Assembly: GCF_006345805.1 (NCBI RefSeq)
Contig: NC_042999.1
Location: 125,860,001 to 125,924,000, forward strand
Length of the DNA stretch: 64,000 nucleotides
Direction: 5' to 3'
From: Octopus sinensis
Taxonomy: Eukaryota
The number at the start of each line of letters is the position of its first letter. Position 1 is the first letter of the stretch. Positions 1 through 14,939 of the stretch are shown here, one piece after another. Both the position numbers and the translations under genes were made by a program. The notes under the pieces are model-generated. The model was not told the origin of the DNA. It saw nothing but the letters and a program-made list of their open reading frames with translations, and did not search any database.

Positions 1-340
1 GTTTAATTGTAAAAACGCATTTGGTTTCTCGTGGTTTCTCTAAACGTATAATGACATTGCGGTTGCAACTTAACTCGAAACAATTCATGAGAGTGGTTAG
101 TGTTTATGCATCAAGTCTTGTTGAAGGAACTAAACAGCTTTTATGGTGTTTGAGAATAATTTTGAAAAGTGTTAATAAAAAGGACAAACTTATACTTCTT
201 GGGGAACCTAAATGCCCACGTAGGACGTGTTTCTCAACTTGGAGTAGCATAAGAAATCACGGAATGGGGAAGTGCAAAGCAAATGGGCTACTCTTATTAT
301 AGCTATGTCAAGAGTTAGACCTTGTGATAACTAATAATTG
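1..340 (+). pseudogene. LINE (RTE-like) apurinic endonuclease fragment, frameshifted
   Basis: Translation RIMTLRLQL..RVVSVYA..ILKSVNKKDKLILLG..HGMGKCKANGLLLL..CQELDLVITN matches the APE domain pattern of RTE-type non-LTR elements. Confidence 0.8.
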
Positions 341-444
341 GCTCAGGCAAAAAAATAAATAAATACCTAAAAATTAAAAAAAACATTAAAAAAAAATTTA
401 AAGCAAAACATGCATACACGCACGCACGTACATGCATATGTATT

Positions 445-790
445 TGTATACGTTTTGGTGTACACTTGAAGGTACCACTTCGCCTCGCGGTGCTCATTTC
501 TCTGACGGACCGCCGCAATCCCTACTTTGCAGAGGAAATCAGTAGTACGGGGTCCTAGAACACCCGATCCCTCGACAGCGACAAGCACAAACTAATAGCG
601 GCCGGTCAGACTCCAGTGCTTAATTACTTTTCTCTCCTTTGCATTGCGGGTGGCGACACCGGGGTTTGTGGAAGATGCTGTGTGGGCCATTCTCTGCGGC
701 AATGCCATTACGGTCATTAACGTGGGGCGCGGCTGAGCACCCCACTAGTCCTGCGATGTGTGAACCATCACATCCCCTCCATCTTCCGCT
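445..790 (-). pseudogene. C-terminal restriction-like endonuclease fragment of a CRE-like non-LTR retrotransposon
   Basis: Minus frame reads PGVATRNAKEKKVIKHWSLTGRY*FVLVAVEGSGVLGPRTTDFLCKVGIAAVRQRNEHREAKWYLQ, resembling the AExxKxxKY..FxPxAxExxGxxG..FL..E..YLxQ RLE tail. Confidence 0.6.
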
Positions 791-1590
791 GCTTTGCTCT
801 CTTTTTTCTTCATAATTTTTTAAAGTGTGTATTAGTAAATGAATTGCCAATTCCCGATTGTAAAACTTTGTAGGTGTTCGTAAGCAACTCACGAGTTGGA
901 GTATCACGTTCTCATGGAAGTCTAGGTACAATTGTCTATGAACTGGGAAAATGGTTCTTATTAGCAGCCAATCGTTTGCATGCTCTGCGTAGTCGAAGCC
1001 CATTTCTTCTCTAATTTTCGCTTTGTCTTTTTACACACCTCTCGGATCATTCAAAATCTCCATCAATTACTTGTTAGTTATCAAAAGGCCGGTGAAATTC
1101 ATACATACTGCCTTAATCGCTTTCTCTTTGAGTTCACATGTTTTTTGAATGGTGGTAGTGATTGTTTTTCACTTAGTTTTTGGTGTCCCCGATAGTTTGC
1201 AACTTTGTCCATTTTCTATCTCATTACCCGTGCTTGAATAAATTTCTCTGGTAAGGAGACTCAATCTTTTGTAACATACTGCCTGTAATGCAAACAAGAC
1301 AGTTGCTGTTTGTAAAAACAGCTTCACCGTCGCTGACGAGCGAGTATGATCTAGCAGCTTGCACCATGCTTTGATGTATTCGAAGACTTGCTTTCGGGTC
1401 ACAAACGGAGATGAGTCTATCTCATTATCACCGGAGGGAAAGTCCCCTGACTGAGCGTAGAGACTACTGATTTGAGGAATCGTGTCGAACCTATCAGCTG
1501 CCTCCCGTTGATGCAATGACGCAATTTGGCGGAGCTGGGAGTTGTTGGTAGGTATCTTCGTCATAGTAGAGATCGATGCAAGTGGCACTT
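790..1590 (-). pseudogene. Degraded intronless coding-like region of unknown origin (possibly retroelement N-terminus)
   Basis: Consecutive non-repetitive minus-strand ORFs (1169-1588, 620-1003) are bridged by a frame with only a few stops; no recognisable motif. Confidence 0.3.
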
Positions 1591-2261
1591 TAGTGTTAAC
1601 TGAATGGGGATTACTCTAAAGGAATTTCTTTCTCTTTGAAGTGCACCTGAACACTATACACAATAATTTCATTATTATTATTATTATTTCATCATATTTG
1701 ATGGCGTATATGATGGCGTATTTAGTGTAATTTACTTTCTTGTTCATAGCTCTGTCTGCTCCTCCAGAAGAGCCATACTAAAATAATGTACAATGTAATA
1801 AAAACAAATATTCTTACGAAAAAATGTATAAAGGCAGACTCCAGGTATTGGGATCAGGACCGGATTGAAACCATGGTCGCCCGGGGCACTTCAAGTTCGG
1901 TGGGCCCCTTATTCGCAAGAATTAAAGTCTTAGAAAATTACTAAATTTAAATCTCAAAACCCATCTATTCTAACTAATTGAATTTGATGAATTAGCAGAG
2001 AAAGTGTAAATAAATGACTGAAAATGTCGCTTTATTGATACATTTTTCAAAATTCAAATTTCGTTTTTCACACATCCACTTGCAGTGTTTGACTTTGCCT
2101 TCATTGTGAAAAGTACGATGAAGGAGGAAAGAGTGGGGTAAGATCTTTTTCTTTTAATGTGAGTCACAAACGTTTCAGAATGTAGAATAAGACAAAACAA
2201 CAGAAAATTACGAAAAAGACAAAAAATCATTTTTGTGGTGTTGCTGTTTCAAAGGCATGAT

Positions 2262-2372
<111 letters not shown>

Positions 2373-3523
2373 GGTGGAGACACCAACATTTAAATGACAT
2401 GAGTTAAAAAAAATTTTCTTTTAAAACGGCATCCCTTCATTGTTTTGCAATGCGGGGGAGAAAAAAGAAAAAAGCGGGGCAAGCCCCGACAAAAATGGGG
2501 AAATTCAAACAGCTATTTCCGAAAGTCTGCTTTTCCATTTTCTAGTAAGAGTAGGTGGGACACAATAAGTAATATTTACTGCATTTTTAACTTTGAAGAA
2601 AATATATTTTTTACAAATGTTCACTACCTTGCCAAATTATATCAGCGAAGTAAAGGCCTTCTCTAAACGCAGTAAAGCCTATAACATTCAAAACACTATT
2701 TCAGAAAATCATCACTGTTCTCTTTGCCCATATAAAAGACAAATTTAGGCATGGCAAAATGAGTAAGACAAGACAAGGTAAATATGTTCTTCCAGTTCTC
2801 CAGAATTAAATTTGAAAAAAAGAATCATGCACATAAACATTCATCCTTAGACATCAGAAAGTTCGGAAAAGCAACAAAATTAAAAATATCTTGGTCAAAT
2901 GAAAGAAGGTTATAGAAAAATAGCACATAATATGAAATTAATGAAGCTCAACTAAATTTAAAAACTCAACATAAAATATTCTTTATAGCTTCTACACTAT
3001 AGATTCTTCGCCAAAAATTGTTAGCTACCTCAATTCCTATCTGGTCAAATTTAAGGAAAAACTTTTTGAAAATAGTACCTGTCACCTATGTTTCAAACCT
3101 TCAACTTCAACAACTATGTAAACTATACTGACCAATTTTTAATCCCAACTACGTAACCTATAACTGGCCAAATTTTGCTCCCATAGATGATGCAATGGTA
3201 ATGAGAGAAAATAAGAATTCAGAAATTATTCATTTTGACCCAGTTACCAATTTCCCCCCACTTCTATATATATATTCCAAGTGTTTGACAGAATGCCGAA
3301 AAATATATGAAAAAATAAGAAAGAAAAAAGTTCGATTTAATGAACATTTGAATATATATGCAATAATCCTAAAGCCGAAAAAGAATGCTTTTAACTGTTG
3401 AGAGATGTAATTTTATAATTAAAACTAAGTTCAGAAGTTTTCTTTACTTATTTGCTTCATAAAATAAGACCAGTTTTCAAAGCCTCACTGAAATAAGTTT
3501 AGAAGTAGAAGTGTATGTGTGTG

Positions 3524-4423
3524 TGTAATGGATTCTCTTATATAATAATTAACCATAGATTTTGCCACTTTAGAGGCACCAAATAATTCAATAGCTATTT
3601 CCCAAGGGAAATAGCTATTGGGGCAACAGAGAAAAGGAAAACAACAGAACACTCCTGAAAATGTATGTATGCATGTATCTGTGTGTGTGTGGTGTGTGTG
3701 GTGTGTGTCTGTGTTGTGTGTCTGTGTTGTGCGTGTGTGTGCCTTTAATTGCTATTGGTCAAGCCAAGGTCAAGCTCAGTCATGCGCTGAAAGAAGGAAT
3801 TTGGTTTAGAGACAATAACATTTTTCAATCAACCTCTTTATCTTTACACACACACGCACACACACACGCACACACACATACATACACACAAACACACACA
3901 CACTGATACATGCATACATTTTCAGGAGCGTTCTGTTGTTTTCTTTTTCTCTATTGCTCCATTTTTTTATTGAACTATTTGGTGTCACTAAAGTGGCAAA
4001 ATCTATGGTTATCTCTCTCTATATAAACGGCAGTTTGTCTGTGCGTGTTTCTGTGTGTCTGTTTGCTTGTACCCTCACCCTGACCACGGCTTTCAACTGA
4101 TTCTGATGAAACTTGACACACACATAGCCCAATGTCATAATTCAAAACTAACGCAACGAAAATTTTGAAAAGTTCCCCCAGTTCTAAAAAAAATCGATAA
4201 ATTCGACATGGGGTCGAGAATCAGAAACACAAACCATAAACTGTCTAGGGGACGCAACTCCACCTTTTATTACTCTCAAAAAAAAAATTTACCATCATTT
4301 TTTTCCATTTTTTTGCTATTTTTTGGCTATAACTCTCTAAAAATGCTTTATAGTTATTTCCCTTACAAACCTGAGCAACGCCGGGTGATACTGCTAGTTT
4401 ATTATAAACGAGAATCCATTGCA
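3524..4423. mobile_element. Foldback element with long inverted arms; right arm interrupted by a Helitron
   Basis: tgtaatggattctc..taaccatagattttgccacttta..aacaacagaacactcctgaaaatgtatg on the left is the reverse complement of 3905-4011 plus 4398-4423. Confidence 0.8.
4012..4397 (+). mobile_element. Non-autonomous Helitron
   Basis: 5' TC, 3' CTAG preceded by subterminal hairpin cctgagcaacgccggg, inserted between A and T with no TSD; second copy at 11685-12069. Confidence 0.85.
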
Positions 4424-4709
4424 ATTTTTAAGATGTCAAGATACCTTTGTATATTGAAGAAGACCCTCTTCCTGCCTGATTGCTGGGAGATGGGGTGGCT
4501 CCTGTATTGAGTGCTACATACTCTTCTTAGCAGAGTCCCCCAAATTGTAGATGCCGGGGGCAATTGCCCCCCCCCACCCTCTATAAATCCGGCCTTGAAT
4601 GAGATAGACGTATACACGTTCTGAAGTCTCTGCAAAGAAAAAAAATTCATCCAATAAAACTTGGTAATGATTTGATGAAGTTAATCAATTTAATCAATCT
4701 TAATACTAC

Positions 4710-4764
<55 letters not shown>

Positions 4765-4765
<1 letters not shown>

Positions 4766-5052
4766 CCTTTCTACTGCAGGCACAAGGCCTGAAGTTTGGG
4801 GGAGGGTATTAATCGATTACATCGACCCCAGCAATTGACTGGTACTTATGTCATCGACCTCGAAAGAATGAAAAGCAAAGTCGACCGCGGATGAAACGAT
4901 TACATCGACCCCAGGCTTTATCTGGTACTTATTTTATCGACCCTGAAAGGGTGAAAGGTAAAGTCGATCTCGGCGGAATTTGAACTCAGAATGTAAAGAC
5001 CCGAAAGAAATTCTGCAAGGCATTTTGTCCAACGTTCTACGATTCCGCCAAT
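4765..5052 (-). mobile_element. tRNA-derived SINE family A (internal partial duplication)
   Basis: Matches the recurrent GAGTTCAAATTCCGCCGAGGTCGACTTTGCCTTTCATCCTTTCGGGGTCGAT core found in many copies in the window. Confidence 0.8.
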
Positions 5053-5541
5053 CCATTAATCTTTAGAATTTCTAACACAAGCACAAGATCAGAAATTCGG
5101 GGTTATGGTTTAATCGATTAAATCGATATATGTACTTGGCTTGTAACTGATTTATTGAACCCGCAGGAATGAAAAGCAATGACATTGCTGGGTGCTCTAA
5201 TTTATCACCACTTAGCTGTGAAAATTGAATTTTCCACTTTAATTTGTTCATTAAGCATCTATTATCACACTGTCTAACATTAACAGTGAGCAGATGTCTT
5301 CCTAAAATTTTATTAGACATTTAAGGTATTTAGTAGGAAACCCCCCCCCCCCACAAAAACTCAGGACAAATTTTACCATTTTATTAGTAAGAAGAGTTCA
5401 ACAGAAAAACAAAACAAAATAAAACAAAATATACCAAAAGTAAACCAAAAACAAAGCAAAATAAAAAGCAAGTTTCGCGCACTTTGTTCTGAATCTTACA
5501 ATTGCATTAACGTTGGCGCCGTACTGCACAGAATGCTTTAG

Positions 5542-5545
<4 letters not shown>

Positions 5546-5583
<38 letters not shown>

Positions 5584-5738
5584 TGTATGTATGTATGTAT
5601 GTATGCATGCATGCATGTATGTATGTATGTATATATGTATGTATGTATGTGTGTATGTATGTACATATACATTCATATGTAAATATATGTATGTATATAT
5701 CTATATATGTATGTATATGTCTAAATATGTGTGTATGC

Positions 5739-5793
<55 letters not shown>

Positions 5794-5860
5794 TATATAT
5801 ATAGATATATGCCTAAATATGTGTGTATGCGCATATATGTACGCATGCATGTATGTATGT
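5546..5860. repeat. Compound (AC)n/(ATGT)n/(AT)n microsatellite
   Basis: Directly visible. Confidence 0.9.
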
Positions 5861-6188
5861 CTATCTTTGTGCAACTCGATATGGCGACTAACAACTTTAT
5901 TGCGATAAAATTCGTTATATGTTGGAATTTATGTCGTTCCTTGACTTAGCTAAATCAATTATTAAAGCGTGTGTTAAACACAACCAGTAGACCATAAAAT
6001 AAAATGAAAAAAAGAAAATAATAACAATAAACGCATAAGCCCTCACTTATCTCTCAACTAATCGTTTAATTTATAACGATACATACATATAGATAGATAC
6101 AGATATAGATAAATGTATGTATATATGAATATTTATGTATACATACATACATACATATATATATATATATATGCATACATACATACAT

Positions 6189-6229
<41 letters not shown>

Positions 6230-6232
<3 letters not shown>

Positions 6233-6436
6233 CGGGAAGCTCTATGAAAATAGACAAAAGACGAAGGCAGGTGGAAAACAAACGAACAATTGTATTAGTA
6301 TGGCGCTCAGGAAATATAAATAAAACAAGTCTTTAACGTTTCGAGCCTACGCTCTTCAACAGAAAGATACACAGAGAAAAAAAAAAAACACAGAAAGAAG
6401 GAGAGGAAAAAAAAATGCGTGCAGTAGCTAACGAAT

Positions 6437-6440
<4 letters not shown>
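6230..6440 (-). mobile_element. Short (TA)n-flanked repeat carrying a hammerhead-like motif (family H2; probably Penelope pLTR-derived)
   Basis: Homologous to 19462-19650, 38690-38772 and 58555-58720. Confidence 0.7.
6330..6367 (-). ncRNA. Minimal type I hammerhead-like motif, A6U variant
   Basis: Minus strand: ucuuu CUGUUGA A GAGC-GUAG-GCUC GAA ACGU U aaaga. Confidence 0.55.
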
Positions 6441-6481
<41 letters not shown>

Positions 6482-6914
6482 CATGTATGTGTGTGTGTAT
6501 ACATTTGCATGCATATGTGCGCGCGCACACACACACACACAGAACGTCCTATAATGAGGCAATAAATCTGTTATAATTGTAAAACGAAGACCCGGTACTT
6601 AGCAGACAACTGCCTGTCAAATGTAATTAGTTGTTTTCACTCTTTCTTGTCTATCACTTTGCATAACTAAGCATCAATGATAATGAAATCCTTCATTCTT
6701 ACAAGCGGCAGCCTGTGTGTATAATGCGCATGCATGTGTGTGTGTGTGTGTGAGTGTGTTGGTATAGGTGTCTATAAGTATGTGGTTAATCAATGCACAT
6801 GCTTACACGAAGGCAATACGAAACAAACAATTTGACAAACATGGCGAAATTTATCATTAAATCGAATGATAGATCAAGCAAATGATTTGAGACCGCATGC
6901 ATGTTTCTACTAAG

Positions 6915-6945
<31 letters not shown>

Positions 6946-7125
6946 ACAAACAAATAAATATCGAGACAGATAAATAAAGGAAGGAAAGATGAAATATACA
7001 TGCACTGTCTGAGTAAGTGAATATATTTCTCGTCGGAAAAATGCATTTGATATACAAAATTAATAACGACTGCATTGCAGTCAGTTGATGTTATTACCTA
7101 TTTGATGGTCCATGCAAATTTTTAG

Positions 7126-8290
<1,165 letters not shown>

Positions 8291-8519
8291 AATTTTGATT
8301 GTCGCATTTGAATGACTTTACACGTTATGGTTATCTTGCGTTACAATGCTAGTGCATATTTCGACTTTAGTTTTAGGACAGCCTTCGACTGTTTTACAAA
8401 TTTAAGCTTAAGCTTCGCCGAGGTTTATTTTTATTGCTTACTCACGCATTTAATTATGTTATATCAAATTAATGTACAATTTCCTTATTTTAACATTTTA
8501 AAATTATATATACCAGACA

Positions 8520-8653
8520 GTCTTTTTTAAGCCTGGTACTTATAATATCGGTCTCTTTTGCCGAAGTTCTAAGTTACAGGGACGTAAACACACCAACACC
8601 GATTGTCAAGCGGTAGTGGGGGACAAACACAGACACAAAGACACGCACGCACG

Positions 8654-8723
<70 letters not shown>

Positions 8724-8895
8724 GTATATATACGACCGTCTTCTTTCAGTTTCCGCCTACCAAATCCTCTCACAAGGTTTTAGTCGGCCCGGGGCTATAG
8801 TAGAAGACACTTGCCCAAGGTGCCACGCAGTGAGACCGAACCCAGAAACCATGTGGTTAGGAAGCAAATTTCATACCACACAGCCACGGCTGCGG
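8520..8895 (-). mobile_element. tRNA-derived SINE family B
   Basis: Reverse complement of GGCTGTGTGGTA..GGGTTC..GGCACCTTGGGCAAGTGTCTTCTAC family with internal (CA)n. Confidence 0.85.
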
Positions 8896-9759
8896 TGTGC
8901 GCACATTTTGTCCTGACAGAAGTTACTGCCAAAATTCGTGGTTTGGTTTCATGGTTGAAGCAGTTGTCTTCCGCTGCAATTAATCTTTGGAACGGTATAA
9001 CTGTCATCATTTTCTATTGTTTTCTCTCCCTTAAAATACACCTGCTTTGCCGTAAGCAATCAAATATTACAGACTTAAATACATGACTGTATCATGTTAG
9101 AATGAAACTATATCAATGAACATAGTAGTTTTCCAGGCATTGCTTTTTTTTATAGAGTTTTAACGTTGTTTTAAAATGAATGAATTTAGCCATATTATTT
9201 AAACGATTGAGTTGTGAATTCGGATCTTTATGCCTTCCCATATACCGCCCCATTACATGATACTGTTTGTATCCAAAGGAGAACTATTATTCATAACTCT
9301 CTTTCTATTTTTATGTCAAACAGCAAAGCACTTTTAAGCTAAAAACTTCCTGTTCTTTATCTATGACAAGATCACGTCACCTGACACCCCATTTATTATA
9401 TACGGTGTTTTTATGTTTGACCTGGAAGGTATAGCTTGCAAAAGTCAGATTTTTTCCTTTGATTTGTAGCCTGAAGCAGGAATAAGTGTCACGACGTTTA
9501 GTACTTACCTCAAGGGAACCTTCTTGGGGTTGCTCGACCTGCTAGAAATACTAGTAAAACCTCCCTCAAATGACACCCAACTCATTTAGAAAAGGCAGGA
9601 AACATTGAATGATATAGTCCTGGATATGGAATACCGCACGAGGGAAAAATTGATGGATATAGCTGGAGAACACTTTAGACATTATGTCTGTTCAATCAGC
9701 GTTGACCTAGGGGTGGTGGTGGTAAACAACGGCAATAACGAAGTAGAACGGCCAGGAGG

Positions 9760-9932
9760 GGGATAAGTCGATTACATCGACCCCAGTACTCAACTGGTAC
9801 TTATTTTATCGATCCCTAAAGGATGGAAGGCGAAGTGGACCTTGGTGAAATTTGAACCCAGAATGTGAAGATGGACGAAATGCCGCTAAGCATTTTACCC
9901 GGCATGCTAACGATTCTGCCAGCTCACCGCCT
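9760..9932 (-). mobile_element. SINE family A
   Basis: Core motif and 5' end GGCGGTGAGCTGGCAGAATCGTTAGC. Confidence 0.85.
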
Positions 9933-10132
9933 TAATTTGAATCCATAATATTAGGCACATAAATTCATGTGTTCTTAAGTCATCCACTAGGCATTTTATT
10001 ATATCTTTAGGTGAGAAGCTTCTTAATACTTAATTGGTCAGTTAGATAATACATATCAGTTTGCTTAATCACAAAATATACATGAGTAAATCCTGATACA
10101 CCATCTGATATAGACTATCCTTGCGAGGAGTG

Positions 10133-10868
10133 AAGGTGCCTGGCTTAGTGGTTAGAGGCATTTGATTCACAATCATAAGGTCGTGAATTTGATTCCCGGC
10201 AGCGCGTTGTGTCCTTGAGCAAGACACCTTATTTGTTTACTGCACACAAGGGGCTACACTCAAAGGGGACAAACAAGGAGAGACAAACGGATTAAGTCAA
10301 TTATATCGACCCCAGTGCGTAACTGGCACTTATTTAATCGACCCCGAAAGGATGAAAGGCAAAGTCGACCTCGGCGGAATTTGAACTCAGGACGTAGCGG
10401 CAGACGAAATACCTATTTCTTTACTACCCACTTGGGGATACACACAGAGGGGACAAACAAGGATAGACAAACGGACTAAGCCGATTACATCGACCCCAGT
10501 GCGTGACTGGTACTTAATTTATCGATCCCGAAAGGATGAAAGGCAAAGTCGATCTCGGCGGAATTCGAACTCAGAACGCAACGGCAAACGAAATACTGCT
10601 AAGCATTTCGCCCGGCGTACTAACGTTTCTGCCAGCTCGCCTTGAGCAAGACACCTTATTTCCCGTTGCTCCAGTCCACTCAGCTGGGAAAAACGAGTAA
10701 CACCTGTATTTCAAAGGACTAGCCTTATCACGCTGAATTTCCCCGAGAACTACGTTATGGGTACGCGTGTCTGTGGAGTGCTAGCCACTTGCACATTAAT
10801 TTCACGAGCAGCCCGTTCCGTTGATCGGGTCAGCTGGAACCCTCATCGTCATAACCAACGGAATGCGA
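10133..10868 (+). mobile_element. tRNA-derived SINE family C interrupted by a SINE A dimer
   Basis: A box TGGCTTAGTGG and degenerate B box; resumes after the 22-bp TSD ccttgagcaagacaccttattt (10213-10234, 10640-10661). Confidence 0.85.
10235..10640 (-). mobile_element. SINE family A tandem dimer
   Basis: Two cores joined at gaaatacc|tatttcttt (10413/10414), flanked by the 22-bp TSD. Confidence 0.9.
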
Positions 10869-10999
10869 GTGTATGTGAGGAGTGAATTGTTTCTAATATG
10901 CTTTTGAACAATTAAAAGTAAAGACCTATGATCCGAATGAATAGAAAATTGAGGTGGGAAAAAATTATACACGGTAATCACAAATATTGGGTTCAAATA

Positions 11000-11275
11000 T
11001 TTGGCACTAGGTCAGCAATTTGGGGGGAGGAGATAAGTCAATTACATAGACCCCAGTGTCCAACTGGTACATATTTTATCGACCCCCAAAAGGATGAAGG
11101 ATGAGTTACGTCAATTACATAGATCCCAGTGTCCAACTGATACATATTTTATCGACCCCAAAAGGATTTAAAGCAAAGCTGACCTCAGCAGAATTTGAGC
11201 TCAGGGCATAAAAAGGACGAAGTTCCGTTAAGCATTTTGCCCCGGCGTGATAACGATTCTGCCAGCTCGCCGCCT
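11000..11275 (-). mobile_element. SINE family A with internal duplication
   Basis: Core motif; gtcaattacataga..ttttatcgacccc duplicated. Confidence 0.8.
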
Positions 11276-11684
11276 TTAATAATCACAAATATTAACTGAA
11301 AAGTAACATTGCATAATATTTATATAGATTTTGTAATGATTTATCTCTGATTCAGTTAAACACTCAGAGGTAAGTTCTGGCGTTTTGTAAATCATGGCCG
11401 TAAAAGATTTACATTTATTCAATATATTTGTGAACGACGACAGAAAAGTGTCTCCAGAAAAGAACTGGCACAACGCCAATTCTGGAACTATGATCTATAA
11501 CGAGAAATTTAAAGATATTTGTAATGAGTAAGGAAAAAAACCCCATTAAAATGTATATTCTAAGCATCTTTGCCTTTGGTCTTCAATTTGAATTTCAAGA
11601 TTTAACTAGAAATGTTTATCTCTCTTACAATAACTGGCCACCGGGGTACACTGCGTGTTTCAATAAAATCAGTATTATTCACTA

Positions 11685-12069
11685 CTAGCAGTATCGCCCG
11701 GCGTTGCTCAGGTTTGTAAGGGAAATAACTATAAAGCATTTTTAGAGAGTTATAGCCAAAAATAGCAAAAAAATGGAAAAAAAAAAATGATGGTAAATTT
11801 TTTTGAGAGTTAAAAAGGTCGAGTTGCGTCCCCTAGACAGTCTGTGGTTGTGTGTTTCTGATTCTCGACCCCATGTCGAATTTATCGATTTTTTTCAGAA
11901 CTGGGGGAATTTTCAAAATTTTCGCTGCGTTAGTTTTGAATTATGACATTGGGCTATGTGTGTGTCAAGTTTCATCAGAATCGGTTGAAAGCCGTGGTCA
12001 GGGTGAGGGTACAACCAAACAGACACACAGAAACACACACAGACAAACTGCCGTTTATATATAGAGAGA
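11685..12069 (-). mobile_element. Non-autonomous Helitron (second copy)
   Basis: Reverse complement of 4012-4397 with TC/CTAG termini, subterminal hairpin and A|T insertion site. Confidence 0.85.
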
Positions 12070-12974
12070 TAATTATTTTTAGAAGGATGAAAGGAAGTGA
12101 GCATCTAAATAGATTTTTAAGGCTTAAAGACATAGAAGAAATCAAATACAGCTGTTTTTGTTCGATATTTTACTATTCTGTCATCTTGCATCCCTAAAAT
12201 TTTAGGTATTGAAGAAATGAATCTTTTAACTTAGTAGTCGCTTGGCTTGCTAGTAATAACGGTCTAATCATCCTCTATAGCAGTTAAAAAATCACACTCT
12301 AGCATTTAAAAAGGAAAGGACATTAAATAAGTTATCTTTGATATAGAAAATGAAGTGATCATATGGTGGAATACCTTTGATAGTAGATCTGCTTGGTCTA
12401 CGAAGGATTAAACCGAAATTTTCCTATTTCCCACCAAAGACTGCACTTTGGCCTACACTACTGAATGTGTACTCCTGGCCACTTTTTAAAGGTTGTCGGA
12501 TTCGATTTTAAGATAAGTTTAGATATTTTTTCTCCTGTTGGTTTGTCACTTGGAGGTGTCGTTATTTTGTAATACTGGGATCAAAGTTTACAATAAAATT
12601 TAAAAATTAAGGAGCAGAGACTGAAATGGGAGTTTTATCAGATATCCATGCCTAATGGAGCTAGAATGGCACCGATTAGCTTTGGGGAAACTGTAGTCTC
12701 AAGTAATAACAACAACAGAGACAAGAACATAGACAACAAGACCAGCAGTAACAACAACGATGACGACAATGTCATACACATACGTGATACGCTAAAAATA
12801 GTAGCCAAATCTCACTCAAATCTCAACACACTCTCTTATAATAACTAAAGGTCACATTGATTAATGTAATAGATTTGTTTCTTCGTGACTGACATGGTGT
12901 CAAATACCACCACCACCACCACCATCACCACAAACACCGACAACAATACAAGCAGAAGCATTTTATTTCCTCCT

Positions 12975-13185
12975 GCTACTACAGACATAAGGGCCGAAAC
13001 TTTGGGGGAGGAGGTAAGTCGATTACTTGGACCCCAGGGTTCAGCTGATACTTATTTCATAAACCCCGAAAGGGACGAAAGACAACGTCGACCTCAGCGG
13101 AATTTGAACTCAGAACGTGAAGCCGGAACAAATTACTCGTAAGCATTTTGTCCGGCATGCTAAAACTTCTGCCTGTCGCTTGCCT
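12975..13185 (-). mobile_element. SINE family A (diverged)
   Basis: Core motif. Confidence 0.75.
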
Positions 13186-13690
13186 TAGAAGAAGAACAGC
13201 AGCATTAATAACAACAATATTAATGAAAACAAAGACAGCAGTGACAAAAACAACGAAAATAAAACACCCCAAAGCAATACCAAGAACAATTATAAAACAA
13301 CATCAACAACAACAACAACAATAACAACAACAACACTAAAAAAAAAGACTCCATCGCCGCCACAATAACACCAACAACAGTACAAAATAGCAACATCATC
13401 AACTTGACAACGATATCACGCATTAAAGATATATATAACAGGGTTTGAACTGGCAATTTTTAACGGCTTACCTATTAGTTTATTGATACACATATCAGAC
13501 ATACTTTCACACAATAGTCTAAGGACACATTTAGTTGGTGATATAGACCCGACGCTTATGGAAATAAATGGCTTGTTTTGATAAGCACATTTCTTTTCAA
13601 CTTCACACTCGTTTTATTGTTGCTATACAAATTTGTGCACGGTTTCTGTGTATATGAATGTATATGTGCATGTGCGCGCGTGTTGATTTC

Positions 13691-13753
<63 letters not shown>

Positions 13754-13866
13754 TGTACACATTCACACACGTATGTACCATTCCCTACTTGCCGTTCTGT
13801 GCCATGTCAGGTTTAAGCAACATAGAGGCACCGGCTGAACGAAACTCGGACATGAATGATGTCGAC

Positions 13867-13922
<56 letters not shown>

Positions 13923-14039
13923 TATATAAATTAGTGGTGGCGGCGGCGGCAGCGGTGGTGGTGGTATTTGACACCAGGTCAGTGTTACATATATAAGTAT
14001 GTACACACACACATACACACACTACACACATATGTATAC

Positions 14040-14087
<48 letters not shown>

Positions 14088-14309
14088 TGTATCATAGACT
14101 TACACGATACGCTAAAAATAGTAGCCCAAACTTTCTCAGATCTCAACACACTCTCTTATGATAACTAAAGGTCACATTGATTAATGTAATAGATCTGCTT
14201 CTTCGTGACTGACCTGGTGTCAGATATCACCACCACCGACAACAGCAACACGAGTAGAAGCATTTTATTTCCCCCACTTCTTCTACAGTCACAAGGCCCG
14301 GAATTTTTT

Positions 14310-14385
<76 letters not shown>

Positions 14386-14939
14386 TAAAACTTACTTAGA
14401 AATGGATGCGTGCGTTCCATCATATAATAACAAATTAATAAATAAAACATATGCATATATACATACATATATGTACGTACCTACATCTATATGTATATAT
14501 ACATGCATATATGGGTACAGGACACCAAAAAAACGTCGAACACAATGAGAAACGAAAACATAAACAGAAAACCAAGGAAATGGACATTTTTCTTAAACAA
14601 CGAAAAAATAGAGTACAAGACATACAACACAAGGAACATTCCCCTTCTTCAGCCGGCTCTGTTTCATCTACTCCGCGTTTACGAAGGTAAAGGCGAGACA
14701 CGACTTCGTTGAAACAATCCTTCACGCAAAAAGCAATTTAAATAAAATTTGAGATTTTTTTGCGGAGGGGTAAAAATGGTAACAAAAAACAGGACAGTAA
14801 AGACAGTACAAAATATAAACAGTAAAAGACAGGACAAGGTGAATAACTGTAGCACGAACATGGAGGGCTGTTAAGCCAGAACGAAAGAAAAAATATTTTG
14901 AACGCTTTGAAAACGTCTAGAGAAACACATACATACACA

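Noticed and set aside
2600-3400. A-rich stretch resembling a LINE 3' region
   Set aside because: No sustained frame or diagnostic motif was recovered.
5513-5949. ORFs rich in YI/CV/HT/MYVC repeats (here and throughout)
   Set aside because: They are translations of stop-free microsatellites, not genes.
10133-10205. tRNA-like sequences at SINE heads
   Set aside because: A and B boxes are present but no complete cloverleaf, and they continue into SINE bodies.
14630-14730. Hammerhead-like fragments on minus strand (CTGAAGA; CG.AAACGCG)
   Set aside because: Motif order and stems could not be assembled into a consistent fold.
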